A stretch of DNA of 29,184 bases from Promethearchaeota archaeon (lineage in GTDB: Archaea > Asgardarchaeota > Hermodarchaeia > Hermodarchaeales > Hermodarchaeaceae): NCBI GenBank assembly GCA_048939625.1, contig JBHLPH010000022.1:1-29184 (forward strand), read 5' to 3'. The notes beneath the pieces are model-generated. The model was given only the letters and a program-made list of their open reading frames with translations. It was not told the origin of the DNA and ran no database searches. Positions 1 to 8,955 of the stretch are shown piece after piece. A program made the position numbers and the translations under genes. Numbering within the stretch: position 1 is the stretch's first letter; each line of letters opens with the position of its first letter.

Positions 1-48
1 CAGTTCCGTTTCCAACGAAATCATACTCATGTAATTCCAAGAACGAAT

Positions 49-62
49 GAAAGGCTTTTATC
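49..62 (+). promoter_or_regulatory. Putative archaeal BRE/TATA promoter for the isomerase gene
   Basis: GAAAGGCTTTTATC about 50 nt upstream of ATG 111; same purine-rich BRE + CTTT(T)AT pattern as other promoters in the window. Confidence 0.45.
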
Positions 63-110
63 AGAACGGGTCCACGATTAGCATTAACCTGATTTCACTG
101 AGGGAAATAA

Positions 111-1439
111 ATGGATAGGCCCAAAGTAGGACTCATCACACTCTCCCTTGCTCGGGAACGAACAGATATCGCCAAACAAGCCCATAAGGAACTACAAAAA
201 GCTTTGAAAACGCAACCTCTTGAAATAAGTCCTCATGATGAACTCGTTCTAACGATGGAAGATTCGGTTCGGATTTCTGAAGATATGGTGCATGACCATA
301 TTCAGTGTATCATCTATAACATCGGCTCTTGGGTGTATGCCCCGATGGTTGTCTCAGCAGTCCAAGCCACAGGATTACCGAGTATCGTTTATGGATATCG
401 CAGCCCTGCAGCCTTTAGCCTCGTTGGTGCCGCGATTACGCATGGCAGTCTTGATGAATTGAATCTACTGCATCGGTTTGTTTATGGAGAACCCGATTCG
501 CCAGATGTGTTGGATGCAATTACCAGTTATTGCCGAGCCGCGATGACCTTTGATGACCTCAGTCGAAGCAAAGCTGTTGTCATTGGTGGAAAAACCATGG
601 GGATGGTGACCTCAGCTGTGGACTTTAGTCAGATGAAAGATATCTTCGGGACCGAGATTGAGCATGTAGATATGCTGCGATTATACCTGAATGCACAGAA
701 AATATCTGTGAAGAAAGTAAAGGAGAAAATCGCCTGGGTAAAGAAGACCTATGGATCGGTTAATGTTTCTGACGAGATTCTCGAAAAAAGTGTTCGATTA
801 TATTTTGCCATGAAAGAGCTGATGGAGACTGACGGGTATGCCTTTGGTGGATTCAAGTGTCAACCTGAATTCATTGACAACTATGTCAGTGGTTGTATGC
901 CAATTTCTTGGTTGATTAACGAAGGCATCATGATTTCTTGTGAAGCGGATATGAATGCAGCCTTCACGATGCGAATCTTGCACCTATTGAGTGGACAACC
1001 CGTGTTATTTGCTGATGTTAATGATCTAGATATGAATACTGGAATTTTACGCCTCGTCAATTGTGGGACAATTGCAACCGATATGGCTACCTCACCGAAG
1101 GATGTCGATTGGAATCCCCAATACGAGTATATGGGTGAAGCCGGAGGAGCGTGTCCAACATTCAGTTGTAAGGAAGGTCATGTCACCTTAGCAAGACTGG
1201 CTCGAGTAGGAGGAGAGTATGTAATGCAAATCGCAAATGGTGAAGTTGTAGTCCAAGACAAAGAAACCTTCAAGGAAGCACGCGATCGCTGGCCACATGC
1301 CTTTATCAACCTCGAAGGCGATCCAGACCTATTCGTTCAGCACTTACGATCTAACCATCTACACATGGTCTACGGTGACGTCGTTGATGAGCTCTATGAT
1401 TTCTGTGAAATTTTAGGAATTGAACCAATTTACACCTAA
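111..1439 (+). CDS. L-fucose/L-arabinose isomerase family protein
   Basis: 442 aa; motifs KCQPE, SCEAD, VNCG and C-terminal SNHLHMVYGD typical of FucI/AraA-like isomerases; stop overlaps the menA stop (convergent). Confidence 0.8.
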   Translation: MDRPKVGLITLSLARERTDIAKQAHKELQKALKTQPLEISPHDELVLTMEDSVRISEDMVHDHIQCIIYNIGSWVYAPMVVSAVQATGLPSIVYGYRSPAAFSLVGAAITHGSLDELNLLHRFVYGEPDSPDVLDAITSYCRAAMTFDDLSRSKAVVIGGKTMGMVTSAVDFSQMKDIFGTEIEHVDMLRLYLNAQKISVKKVKEKIAWVKKTYGSVNVSDEILEKSVRLYFAMKELMETDGYAFGGFKCQPEFIDNYVSGCMPISWLINEGIMISCEADMNAAFTMRILHLLSGQPVLFADVNDLDMNTGILRLVNCGTIATDMATSPKDVDWNPQYEYMGEAGGACPTFSCKEGHVTLARLARVGGEYVMQIANGEVVVQDKETFKEARDRWPHAFINLEGDPDLFVQHLRSNHLHMVYGDVVDELYDFCEILGIEPIYT

Positions 1440-2497
1440 CTTGCTTGCATCATTGCTTGGGCTTGTTTGTGAAGACGCTGAGAAAACAAAGCTGTGAAAA
1501 GAAATACAATTACCATTGTTGTGATAACAGCAAGTAGAATCAGTTCAAAGGCGAAAATCATGCTGAGACCAAGATATAGGTATGCGAGTGATAGTGTGAT
1601 ACCTGTCAGAAGATGATTAAGGATTGTTGAAACATTAGCAGGTATCATCGCCTTAGGTTGCTCATAGAATTTCAGAGTATATCGTGCACCAATAAGGCTT
1701 AGCGGGATGGTTGACAAAACGAGGATCGAGTACCAAGTAGTAATATTGAAAAGAATCGCAAAGATGACAACAAGGTAGACTAGCAATAGAATGGCAACGT
1801 AGAGAATAGCTGCGCGTTGTCGCCCTAACCGAACAACTAGGGTCCCTTTTCCGGAGTCTCTGTCAGCTTTGAAATCAGCAAACTCGTTGATATACAGAAT
1901 CGCTGACACAAGGAAGGCAACAGGCAAAGCCATAATTATCGGTTCCCAGGTAAAAAACTGAGTCTGAGTAAAGAATGCTCCAAGAGTGAGAAAGATACCA
2001 AAACAGATACCTATGACAATCTCACCTATTCCACGGCTAACGAATTTAAATGGCGGAGCAGTGTAGAAGAACCCAAGAAAAACACCAAGAAATCCCAGAA
2101 CCAATACGAGAAGCCCACGAGTGATGGTCAGATACAGACCGATTATTGCTCCGATACTAGAGAGCACAATTGAACCGGCTAGGACTGCTTTGGGAGAGAG
2201 GAGACCTTTTTGGATCATACGACTTCCACCAGTAAAAGGTCGAATGTATTCGATGTTGATGTTATCTGATCCCAGTCGATAATCCCAGTAGTCATTTGCC
2301 ACATTCGCACCAAGGTGTATGAACACCCCGCCGATAAGAGTAAGGATAAAAACATCCCAGAGGAAAATCCCCGTGACTCCCCACGCGATTGCAGTTCCCA
2401 AAAGGATCGGTACGACTGAAGCAGTAGCAAATGGAAGACGAAGCTCTCCCAACCATATTTTGGTTTTACTTGGCTCTTCTTCTTGAAATTCAGACAT
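1436..2497 (-). CDS. menA: 1,4-dihydroxy-2-naphthoate polyprenyltransferase (MenA/UBIAD1 family)
   Basis: UbiA-fold membrane protein with ANDYWD, GGSR, YTAPP and INEFADFKADRDSGKGTLVVRLG motifs; start moved to ATG 2497 (MSEFQ) to avoid overlap with the upstream gene. Confidence 0.88.
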   Translation of the reverse strand: MSEFQEEEPSKTKIWLGELRLPFATASVVPILLGTAIAWGVTGIFLWDVFILTLIGGVFIHLGANVANDYWDYRLGSDNINIEYIRPFTGGSRMIQKGLLSPKAVLAGSIVLSSIGAIIGLYLTITRGLLVLVLGFLGVFLGFFYTAPPFKFVSRGIGEIVIGICFGIFLTLGAFFTQTQFFTWEPIIMALPVAFLVSAILYINEFADFKADRDSGKGTLVVRLGRQRAAILYVAILLLVYLVVIFAILFNITTWYSILVLSTIPLSLIGARYTLKFYEQPKAMIPANVSTILNHLLTGITLSLAYLYLGLSMIFAFELILLAVITTMVIVFLFTALFSQRLHKQAQAMMQAS

Positions 2498-2528
2498 AGT
2501 ATTTGCCTCTATTCTTGAACGGTAAGAA

Positions 2529-3587
2529 TCAATATTCGCGGTGCACTGTAAAGTCAGCAAGTTGTTCGAGAGCCGAATGGTTTAGGAAATTGTATTCTTG
2601 AAGCAATGCTTTGGCTCGATCAGCATAATCTTGGGCTAGTTCCATAGTATGTTCATAGGCTTTGCATTGATCAATTAGTGAGAGAATTGTGTTCCATTGA
2701 TGTTTATTGATTGCGTCGATGCATGTTTTTCGATCAGCTGCTGAGCAGTTTTCGAGAGTATAAAGAAGGGGATAATTCCCTCGTTTCATTCGAAAATCAG
2801 AGAATGTAGATTTCTGCAGTTTTTGTTGTGTAGCTTGAATATCAAGCACATCATCTCGGAGTTGAAATGAGAATCCAATACAAGAACCAAATTGTGCCAA
2901 CACCTCACGTTCCTTTTTAGTAGCTTCGCCAACAATAGCACCTGTTCTTGCAGCTTCTTCAAGAAACACTGCAGTTTTTCGTTCAATCATTTTCAGATAT
3001 TCTTCCGTTGTATAAGCTGCTTCTTTCTCAGGAGTGATGTAGAGATCAAGAACTTCACCTTCACACATACGAACACCCCCAGCACCAATATTAGCCACCA
3101 ACTCTGGAGAACCATGGGTGCCTATAATTTTGAAAGCCTGGGCAATGAGAAAATCTCCAGCAAGAAGGGCAATGTCGTGTCCGTATTTCTTGTGTACGGT
3201 TGGAACTCCTCTTCGCAGATCATCTTGATCGATAATATCATCATGGATGAGACTTGCAGTCTGTAGAAGCTCAGCGGCAACAGTTATTGGAAGAACTTTG
3301 GCAATTGATCCACCAACAGCTTCACAGCTGAGTAGGGTTACTAGTGACCGAAACCGCTTGCCGCCAGTAATTATAAGATGATGAGCAGCATGATAGAGAA
3401 TTTCTGGTTCACCTTTTTGTTTTTTAAGATAATCTAAAATGGCGGAATTGATGAGTACAATTCGAGCCTGGATGTACTCGCTATCTAGAAAAGTTGTGGG
3501 TCCACCTTTTGTAGTGCTAATGCTTGAAGCTTGAATTGAAGACACGGGCTGATTGCTATTAGTTGATGTTGAATCGCGATTAGGCAT
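2529..3587 (-). CDS. trans-polyprenyl diphosphate synthase, probably medium/long-chain (quinone side chain)
   Basis: GGKRFR, FARM ASLIHDDIIDQDDLRRG, KT motif, SARM FQLRDDVLD; Ala/Ser at FARM -5/-4; low-complexity N-terminus makes the start uncertain. Confidence 0.88.
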   Translation of the reverse strand: MPNRDSTSTNSNQPVSSIQASSISTTKGGPTTFLDSEYIQARIVLINSAILDYLKKQKGEPEILYHAAHHLIITGGKRFRSLVTLLSCEAVGGSIAKVLPITVAAELLQTASLIHDDIIDQDDLRRGVPTVHKKYGHDIALLAGDFLIAQAFKIIGTHGSPELVANIGAGGVRMCEGEVLDLYITPEKEAAYTTEEYLKMIERKTAVFLEEAARTGAIVGEATKKEREVLAQFGSCIGFSFQLRDDVLDIQATQQKLQKSTFSDFRMKRGNYPLLYTLENCSAADRKTCIDAINKHQWNTILSLIDQCKAYEHTMELAQDYADRAKALLQEYNFLNHSALEQLADFTVHREY

Positions 3588-3733
3588 TCACTGAAAACTC
3601 CTTTGCAATCGTTTCCTATTATTTACTGGTATTATTTGAAGGTACGTTTTGACCATTGAATCTAAACAACACGTCCCTAAGAAGATATGGAACTTCGTAT
3701 ACGTAAAAGGAAATAGACATGATTGACTTTCGA

Positions 3734-4936
3734 TCATTTGGATACCAACGCTAATATCTTTACGAGTGTTTTTGAAGCTATTTTAACTGAAAAGGGAAGC
3801 CTACAGCGAATTAAATGTTGCAAGTATCGAGGACCAGCTAGTTGCATGCAACGGTTTGTTAAGTTATCTGAAGTCAGTATTCGATCCGCAATTCGCAAAA
3901 TATCTAAAGCAGAACCTAACTCCTGTCCGAATTCTTTTTTCCATGTCTCTTCATACCAGCATAGTGGCATGTTTTCCTGAATGTGCTTAGCAGCTGCAAT
4001 TCCGGCTACTTCTCCCCCACCCAAGGCAGTTGGAATTCCACCTCCATTTGAGGCCATTACATGTCCAGCAGCATCACCAACCAGAAGAACTGAATTAAAA
4101 TAAGTTCGTGTTACTGGGCCACCTACAGGTACAATGGCACCGGTTTTTCGTAGGATTTTTCCATTTTTCATTCGATCTGCGTTTGCCGGATGTGAATTAA
4201 TAAATCGATGGAGATAGGAAAGTGCAGTGTCAGAATTTTTTAAAAATGCTGGGCGAAAACCAAGTCCAATATTAACTGTTGCTTCATCTTTCGGGATTAC
4301 CCAAGCATAACCACCAGGAGCAATCTGGCTACCAAAGTACATCTCAGTTGTATTTGGGTCACAGTCAATATTTGTCATGACAAACTGAATAGTTGGAGAT
4401 AAATCGCGCGACCTATTCTCATAGCGTACTCCTATTGACCGGGCTATCCGTGATTGGGTTCCATCAGCTCCGATAATAATTTTTGCGTTGATTGTTTGAC
4501 GACCAGATTTATTTTTAACAACGAGCTGATTTGCGTTTGTTCGTTTCAATACAGTACTCTGCAACTGTATTTGGGCACCTGCAGCTATTGCTTGATTTGC
4601 GAGATGTTGATCAAACTTTGCACGGTCAATAATATTTGATACTAGCCGAAATTCATAAGCACGATTATTTGGCGAGACAAGTAAAAGACGTGAACTGCGA
4701 TTGGTAATTACAGCCGAGGGAACGTCTACGAGACGTGCTACTCGTGGAGAATTGGGGAGGAGATCTTGCATTTCCTCCGGCACTGGTAGATATTCTCCAC
4801 ATTGCACAGGGATACCGATTTGTTTTCGACTATCGAAAACGATGGTCTTTAGTCCAAGTTTAGCCGCTGTCTTTGCGGCCGTGCAACCGGCAGGTCCTGC
4901 TCCTACTATTGCAACATCAAAGGAGGATGCAGACAT
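3734..4936 (-). CDS. Geranylgeranyl reductase family FAD-dependent oxidoreductase (DGGGPL reductase/MenJ-like)
   Basis: GAGPAG FAD motif, QCGE, IDRAKFD, GADG, PGGYAWVIP, GDAAG..NGGGI, YEETW. Confidence 0.88.
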   Translation of the reverse strand: MSASSFDVAIVGAGPAGCTAAKTAAKLGLKTIVFDSRKQIGIPVQCGEYLPVPEEMQDLLPNSPRVARLVDVPSAVITNRSSRLLLVSPNNRAYEFRLVSNIIDRAKFDQHLANQAIAAGAQIQLQSTVLKRTNANQLVVKNKSGRQTINAKIIIGADGTQSRIARSIGVRYENRSRDLSPTIQFVMTNIDCDPNTTEMYFGSQIAPGGYAWVIPKDEATVNIGLGFRPAFLKNSDTALSYLHRFINSHPANADRMKNGKILRKTGAIVPVGGPVTRTYFNSVLLVGDAAGHVMASNGGGIPTALGGGEVAGIAAAKHIQENMPLCWYEETWKKEFGQELGSALDILRIADRILTSDNLTNRCMQLAGPRYLQHLIRCRLPFSVKIASKTLVKILALVSK

Positions 4937-5044
4937 TTTGTTCAGTCCATCTTACTTGATAGGAGATGGAGATAGCGAGGGCTTCTACTTTAGGCTAGCG
5001 ATATTTCATTTTGTCAACCAAATTCATGTTTGGCAGTATGACTA

Positions 5045-6262
5045 TTATGTAGTTTCGATTGGTTCTTCGTAGAAGCAATCACGGGCATCTTCACCGAAGA
5101 ACATGTCCATGAGCCATTCCATTGATCCTTTTACGGTTTGCCAATATAACATTCCAAATCCCTTCTTCATCATCATATTGAAGCGTGAGGGTTGGACATC
5201 TTTTGCATTGCGACCATACGCTGTGATTACGAATAATCCTTTGCCGTATCCAACATCCATGGGGCAATGTGTTCGCCCAGTGAAGTGACAAGTTTCACCT
5301 GTCTGTTTTATATCCGCAACGATGTTCTTTGCAACCACAACAGCCTCAAGATGTGCTGTGACCCCTGATTTGGATGTTGGCAAATCGGCGACATCACCAA
5401 GCGCATAAACATTTTCATGGTCTTTGACAAGCATAGTATGTTTATCAACAGGAATCCAACCATCTTCATCTCCGATGTTGGAATCGATTATTCCTTGTGG
5501 CGCTTTATGTGGTGGTACAACAAACATCGCTTCATAATCTAATTCTCCACCCTCCATCGAATAGATAATTTTCTTTTTCGGATCAACTCGATCGATATTG
5601 AAGAAAGGATGAATGATAATTCCTCTCTCTACAAATCGCTTCTCAACGGTCTTACTTATCGTCGCATCTGGATAAGGTCGAGGAAGGGGTGTTATAAAGT
5701 GAACCTCAACCTTGTCTTTCAATTTCTTCTTTTTCAGGAACTGCTCAACAAGGAATGCTGCTTCCACAGGTGAGGGAGGACATTTGTGTGGTAGAGTACT
5801 TATTCCGACGACTATCTTTCCAGTTTTGACTTTATTGATTCGTTCCCATATTGCTAAGGCATTTTCTTGAGTTGAATGAAAGTCGAGATTGGCTTCATTG
5901 AATCCTGGAATCTCTTCCCGAGTGATTGAAGCACCGGTTGCGATGACTAGAAAGTCGTACTGATAGGTATTGTTGTTTGCTGTCGTGACTGTCTTCTTTT
6001 TGTAATCAATTTTCGCTACAGGATCAACGTGAAAGTTTACATGTTTATGCAGGAGTTTTTCCTCTTTGCGTTCGATTTTCTTTGGGTTCATTCCTTTGAA
6101 TGCAATATAGAGGAAGTTTGGTTGGAAGAGATGTTTCCCATCAGCGTCTAAGAGGGTGATTTCAACCTCACCCTTCTTGATTTCTTTTCCAAGTTCCTTT
6201 GCCATTAAATTAGCGGCAAGTGTACCTGCGGTACCTCCGCCAAGGACGAGGATTTTTTGCAT
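5045..6262 (-). CDS. sqr: Sulfide:quinone oxidoreductase-like flavoprotein (type III/SqrC-like)
   Basis: GGGTAG FAD motif, HLFQP, IATG, CPPSPVE active-site Cys, VPPH, LGD, second Cys in THCPMDVG; adjacent to tusA and dsrE2. Confidence 0.8.
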   Translation of the reverse strand: MQKILVLGGGTAGTLAANLMAKELGKEIKKGEVEITLLDADGKHLFQPNFLYIAFKGMNPKKIERKEEKLLHKHVNFHVDPVAKIDYKKKTVTTANNNTYQYDFLVIATGASITREEIPGFNEANLDFHSTQENALAIWERINKVKTGKIVVGISTLPHKCPPSPVEAAFLVEQFLKKKKLKDKVEVHFITPLPRPYPDATISKTVEKRFVERGIIIHPFFNIDRVDPKKKIIYSMEGGELDYEAMFVVPPHKAPQGIIDSNIGDEDGWIPVDKHTMLVKDHENVYALGDVADLPTSKSGVTAHLEAVVVAKNIVADIKQTGETCHFTGRTHCPMDVGYGKGLFVITAYGRNAKDVQPSRFNMMMKKGFGMLYWQTVKGSMEWLMDMFFGEDARDCFYEEPIETT

Positions 6263-6275
6263 TGTATATTCCCAA

Positions 6276-6518
6276 CTATTGTTTTGCAGTTATTTTTACT
6301 AAAGCGCGGATGACACCATCGTTCTCCTCAATGTTGAGGAGCTCGTTGTTGGTTGCAGAAGCCCAGCCAGTGATATCTGGTGTAAAACCCGGATCCGTTG
6401 CTAGGATTTCAAGGATATCTCCATTCTGAGCTTTTCGATAAGCCCGTGCTACTTCGGTGATTGGACCAGGGCAGGCCATACCACGGCAGTCAACTGTCTT
6501 TGTTGGAGTTTCAGCCAT
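6276..6518 (-). CDS. tusA: TusA family sulfur carrier
   Basis: 80 aa; DCRGMACPGP motif and LEILATDPGF..DI..W. Confidence 0.92.
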   Translation of the reverse strand: MAETPTKTVDCRGMACPGPITEVARAYRKAQNGDILEILATDPGFTPDITGWASATNNELLNIEENDGVIRALVKITAKQ

Positions 6519-6593
6519 TTTACCATCTCCATAGGTTCAGTAGCTATTACTTGAATCGGATTGATTCTGAGGTTCCATTTCGACTAGCGCAGC

Positions 6594-7019
6594 CTAAATG
6601 AACAATGTGATATCCGCGTCCTTAGCAAAATTGAGGAATGCCGCAGCGCCGAGGACATCATCGACTTCATCTATCAAATCTTCGCGTTTGATATTCATGA
6701 CGTCCATGGTCATTTGGCAGGCGTAAAGCTTTGCACCAAGTTCTTTGGCATCGCGGATCATGTCTGGAAGCCCCTTAGCTCCAGCTTTTTTCATTCGACC
6801 TTTCATCATTCCGGTGCCGATTCGCATCATACCACCTAGTTTGGCTTTTTCAGCACCTCCCTTCTTGAGAAGGTTCAGACCCCAGAAGGTGAAGAATACG
6901 CTTACATCCATATCCATGGAAGCACCTGTTACGCCAAGAATAAAGGGCGGATAGGCCATATCCATGGTGTTCTTTGAGACGATTATCGCCATACTTTTTT
7001 TACCATTTTTTTCAGGCAT
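6594..7019 (-). CDS. dsrE2: DsrE2-type (DsrE/DsrF/DrsH family) sulfur relay protein
   Basis: DMAYPPFIL, FFTFWGL, YACQMTMDVM, GAAAFL..A..ADITLFI; start set at ATG 7019 (GGAG upstream) because the ORF-track start at 7070 lies inside the operator. Confidence 0.85.
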   Translation of the reverse strand: MPEKNGKKSMAIIVSKNTMDMAYPPFILGVTGASMDMDVSVFFTFWGLNLLKKGGAEKAKLGGMMRIGTGMMKGRMKKAGAKGLPDMIRDAKELGAKLYACQMTMDVMNIKREDLIDEVDDVLGAAAFLNFAKDADITLFI

Positions 7020-7061
7020 CTCATGCAACTCCATGCTACTAGCAGTTGCTAATATTAGAAC

Positions 7062-7077
7062 ATTCGACAATTTGAAT
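7062..7077. promoter_or_regulatory. Palindromic operator ATTC-N8-GAAT (ArsR/SqrR-type)
   Basis: ATTCGACAATTTGAAT, flanked by the inverted repeat TAGAACAT..ATGTTCTA (7056-7085), immediately downstream of the leftward TATA box. Confidence 0.6.
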
Positions 7078-7083
7078 ATGTTC

Positions 7084-7099
7084 TACATAAAAGCTTTTC
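7084..7099 (-). promoter_or_regulatory. BRE/TATA promoter of the dsrE2-tusA-sqr operon
   Basis: Minus strand reads GAAAAGC TTTTATGTA, nearly identical to the rightward promoter. Confidence 0.6.
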
Positions 7100-7211
7100 C
7101 ATTATCATACAGACTTGAAAGATAATCAACGAAATGCTTATAAAATCTGTCAAGAAGCCTTCTTGAGCGTACAACGTCTTTGTTACACTGGACGATGAAC
7201 ATTCAATTTCC

Positions 7212-7240
7212 AAAAGCTTTATGTATTAGAATATTTGAAT
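7212..7240 (+). promoter_or_regulatory. BRE/TATA promoter of the nuo-like operon with abutting operator-like site
   Basis: AAAAGCTTTATGTA (7212-7225) followed by ATTA-GAATATTT-GAAT (7225-7240), one mismatch to ATTC-N8-GAAT. Confidence 0.55.
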
Positions 7241-7286
7241 ATGTCGGATTGACTTGTGGTAGCAACAAGGTCACCAAGAGGACGGT

Positions 7287-7664
7287 TTGACAATGCAACT
7301 TGTAGAATTTGGCCTCATCCTTGTTTTCATTGCACTGATCTTCTCATCATTTCTTGCTTCCATCATTCTCTCTAGACTTGTAAGTCCCAGAAATCCATCC
7401 AAGGAAAAGACAACAAGTTTTGAATGTGGCGAAGAACCAAGCGGAGCTGGACGGGAGCAGTTCGTTTTTCGGTATTATCCCTACTTGTTGATGTTCTTAG
7501 TGTTTGATGTTTCAGCGATGTTCCTTTTTGCTTGGGCGGGGGCTTTCTCTTCGTTAGGCTTCGAACTTCATCTGGTAGTGTTAGCCTTCCTTTTGATTGT
7601 TTTACCTCCGATCGCGTATGCAGTGAATGTAGCAGCGAGGGCCGAAAGGTGGCGGGAAAAATGA
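7287..7664 (+). CDS. nuoA: Complex I-like subunit A
   Basis: 3 TM; FECGEEP loop; [11 protein letters not shown]; start is TTG 7287 or ATG 7293. Confidence 0.93.
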   Translation: MTMQLVEFGLILVFIALIFSSFLASIILSRLVSPRNPSKEKTTSFECGEEPSGAGREQFVFRYYPYLLMFLVFDVSAMFLFAWAGAFSSLGFELHLVVLAFLLIVLPPIAYAVNVAARAERWREK

Positions 7665-8176
7665 CGGCAATCGGTTCAGCCTTTGTTGGTTCACTTCGCA
7701 GTGCCTTGAATCGTGTGGTAAATGTCAAACCATTTCGATATTTGGTGAATTGGTCACGGTTGTATTCTCTCTGGCCTGTCCATTTGACTACTGCATGTTG
7801 TAGTGTGGAATTCGGAGCAACGATGGGTTCAGGCTTTGATGCAGAACGACTTGGCGTTCTTCCTCTCGGATCTTTGCGACAATGCGATCTCTTGATCATT
7901 GAGGGAACTGTAACGAAAAAAATGGCTGAGCGGATTGTTCGGATTTACCACCAGATGGCTTCTCCTCGTTATGTAATTGCCATGGGGGCTTGTGCAATAA
8001 CAGGCGGCGTTTTTCGAGGCTCTTACAGCATAGTTCCAGGCGTTGATAAGATACTCCCTGTCGATGTGTATGTCCCTGGATGTCCACCTAGACCGGAAAT
8101 GCTCATAGATGCAATTTTAGAGCTTCAACAAAAAATCAGGGAATCTAAGGTGAGTTTAGTTGATGATACAAAGTGA
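7661..8176 (+). CDS. nuoB: Complex I-like subunit B (N2 cluster)
   Basis: [19 protein letters not shown]; start ATG 7661 in ATGA overlap with the nuoA stop. Confidence 0.95.
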   Translation: MTAIGSAFVGSLRSALNRVVNVKPFRYLVNWSRLYSLWPVHLTTACCSVEFGATMGSGFDAERLGVLPLGSLRQCDLLIIEGTVTKKMAERIVRIYHQMASPRYVIAMGACAITGGVFRGSYSIVPGVDKILPVDVYVPGCPPRPEMLIDAILELQQKIRESKVSLVDDTK

Positions 8177-8468
8177 TGTGTTTGAATTGCAGGCAGAAAT
8201 CTGTAAGGTGTTAGCGAATCCAAAACGTATCCGCATTATTCACATTCTAAAAGATACTGAAAAAACAGTAACTGAAATTTCCCAGGAGCTAGGGATTACC
8301 CAATCAAATACCTCACAACACCTAATGAAAATGAAAACAAAAGGTGTCCTTAAATCGCGAAGAGACGGACGCGAGATATATTACAGCATTGCAGTTCCTG
8401 AGCTCTCCATTGCCTGTGAGTTCGTTGGACGCGCCTTGGAGAAAATCGTTGCTAGACCGATAACTTGA
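8160..8468 (+). CDS. ArsR/SmtB family repressor with two Cys, inside the nuo operon
   Basis: [13 protein letters not shown], w[31 protein letters not shown] wing, C-terminal IACEF; RBS AGGTGA at 8148 inside nuoB; start 8160 (TTG) or 8163 (ATG). Confidence 0.92.
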   Translation: MMIQSDVFELQAEICKVLANPKRIRIIHILKDTEKTVTEISQELGITQSNTSQHLMKMKTKGVLKSRRDGREIYYSIAVPELSIACEFVGRALEKIVARPIT

Positions 8469-8481
8469 ACATAGGAGAAAG

Positions 8482-8955
8482 ATGAATTTGTCGAAGTATC
8501 TTAAAGACATGGAATCCACTTTCACAGAAACAGCAATTAAGATTAGCGACAGGCATCCAAACCAACCTGTCATTCGCACTGACCGTGAATTCCTTCAATC
8601 CATCGCGCAGTATCTAAAAGACACCGTAGGGTTCGATCATGTAATATCGGTCACGGTCATTGATGACATAGAGAATGACCAGTTTCTGATTGCGTATCAT
8701 CTTTCCTCAGTCCAAATTGTCAAACTTCATGGAATCGTCTTAACCCTAGAATTAACTGTTCCAAGAAAAAGTCCACACGTACCTTCATTGATTTCAATCT
8801 GGTCCAGTGTTGAGTTTCACGAACGCGAGGGGTGGGAGATGTTTGGTGTAGAGTTTGAAGGGCATCCTAGGCTTGAACGTCTGCTTTTACCAGAATCCTG
8901 GGAGGGGGGCAATCCACTTCGAAAAGACTTCAGATTACAGGAGGACCCACAATGA
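8482..8955 (+). CDS. nuoC: Complex I-like subunit C
   Basis: PSLISIW...FHEREGWEMFGVEFEGHPRLERLLLP..W.G.PLRKDF signature. Confidence 0.95.
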   Translation: MNLSKYLKDMESTFTETAIKISDRHPNQPVIRTDREFLQSIAQYLKDTVGFDHVISVTVIDDIENDQFLIAYHLSSVQIVKLHGIVLTLELTVPRKSPHVPSLISIWSSVEFHEREGWEMFGVEFEGHPRLERLLLPESWEGGNPLRKDFRLQEDPQ

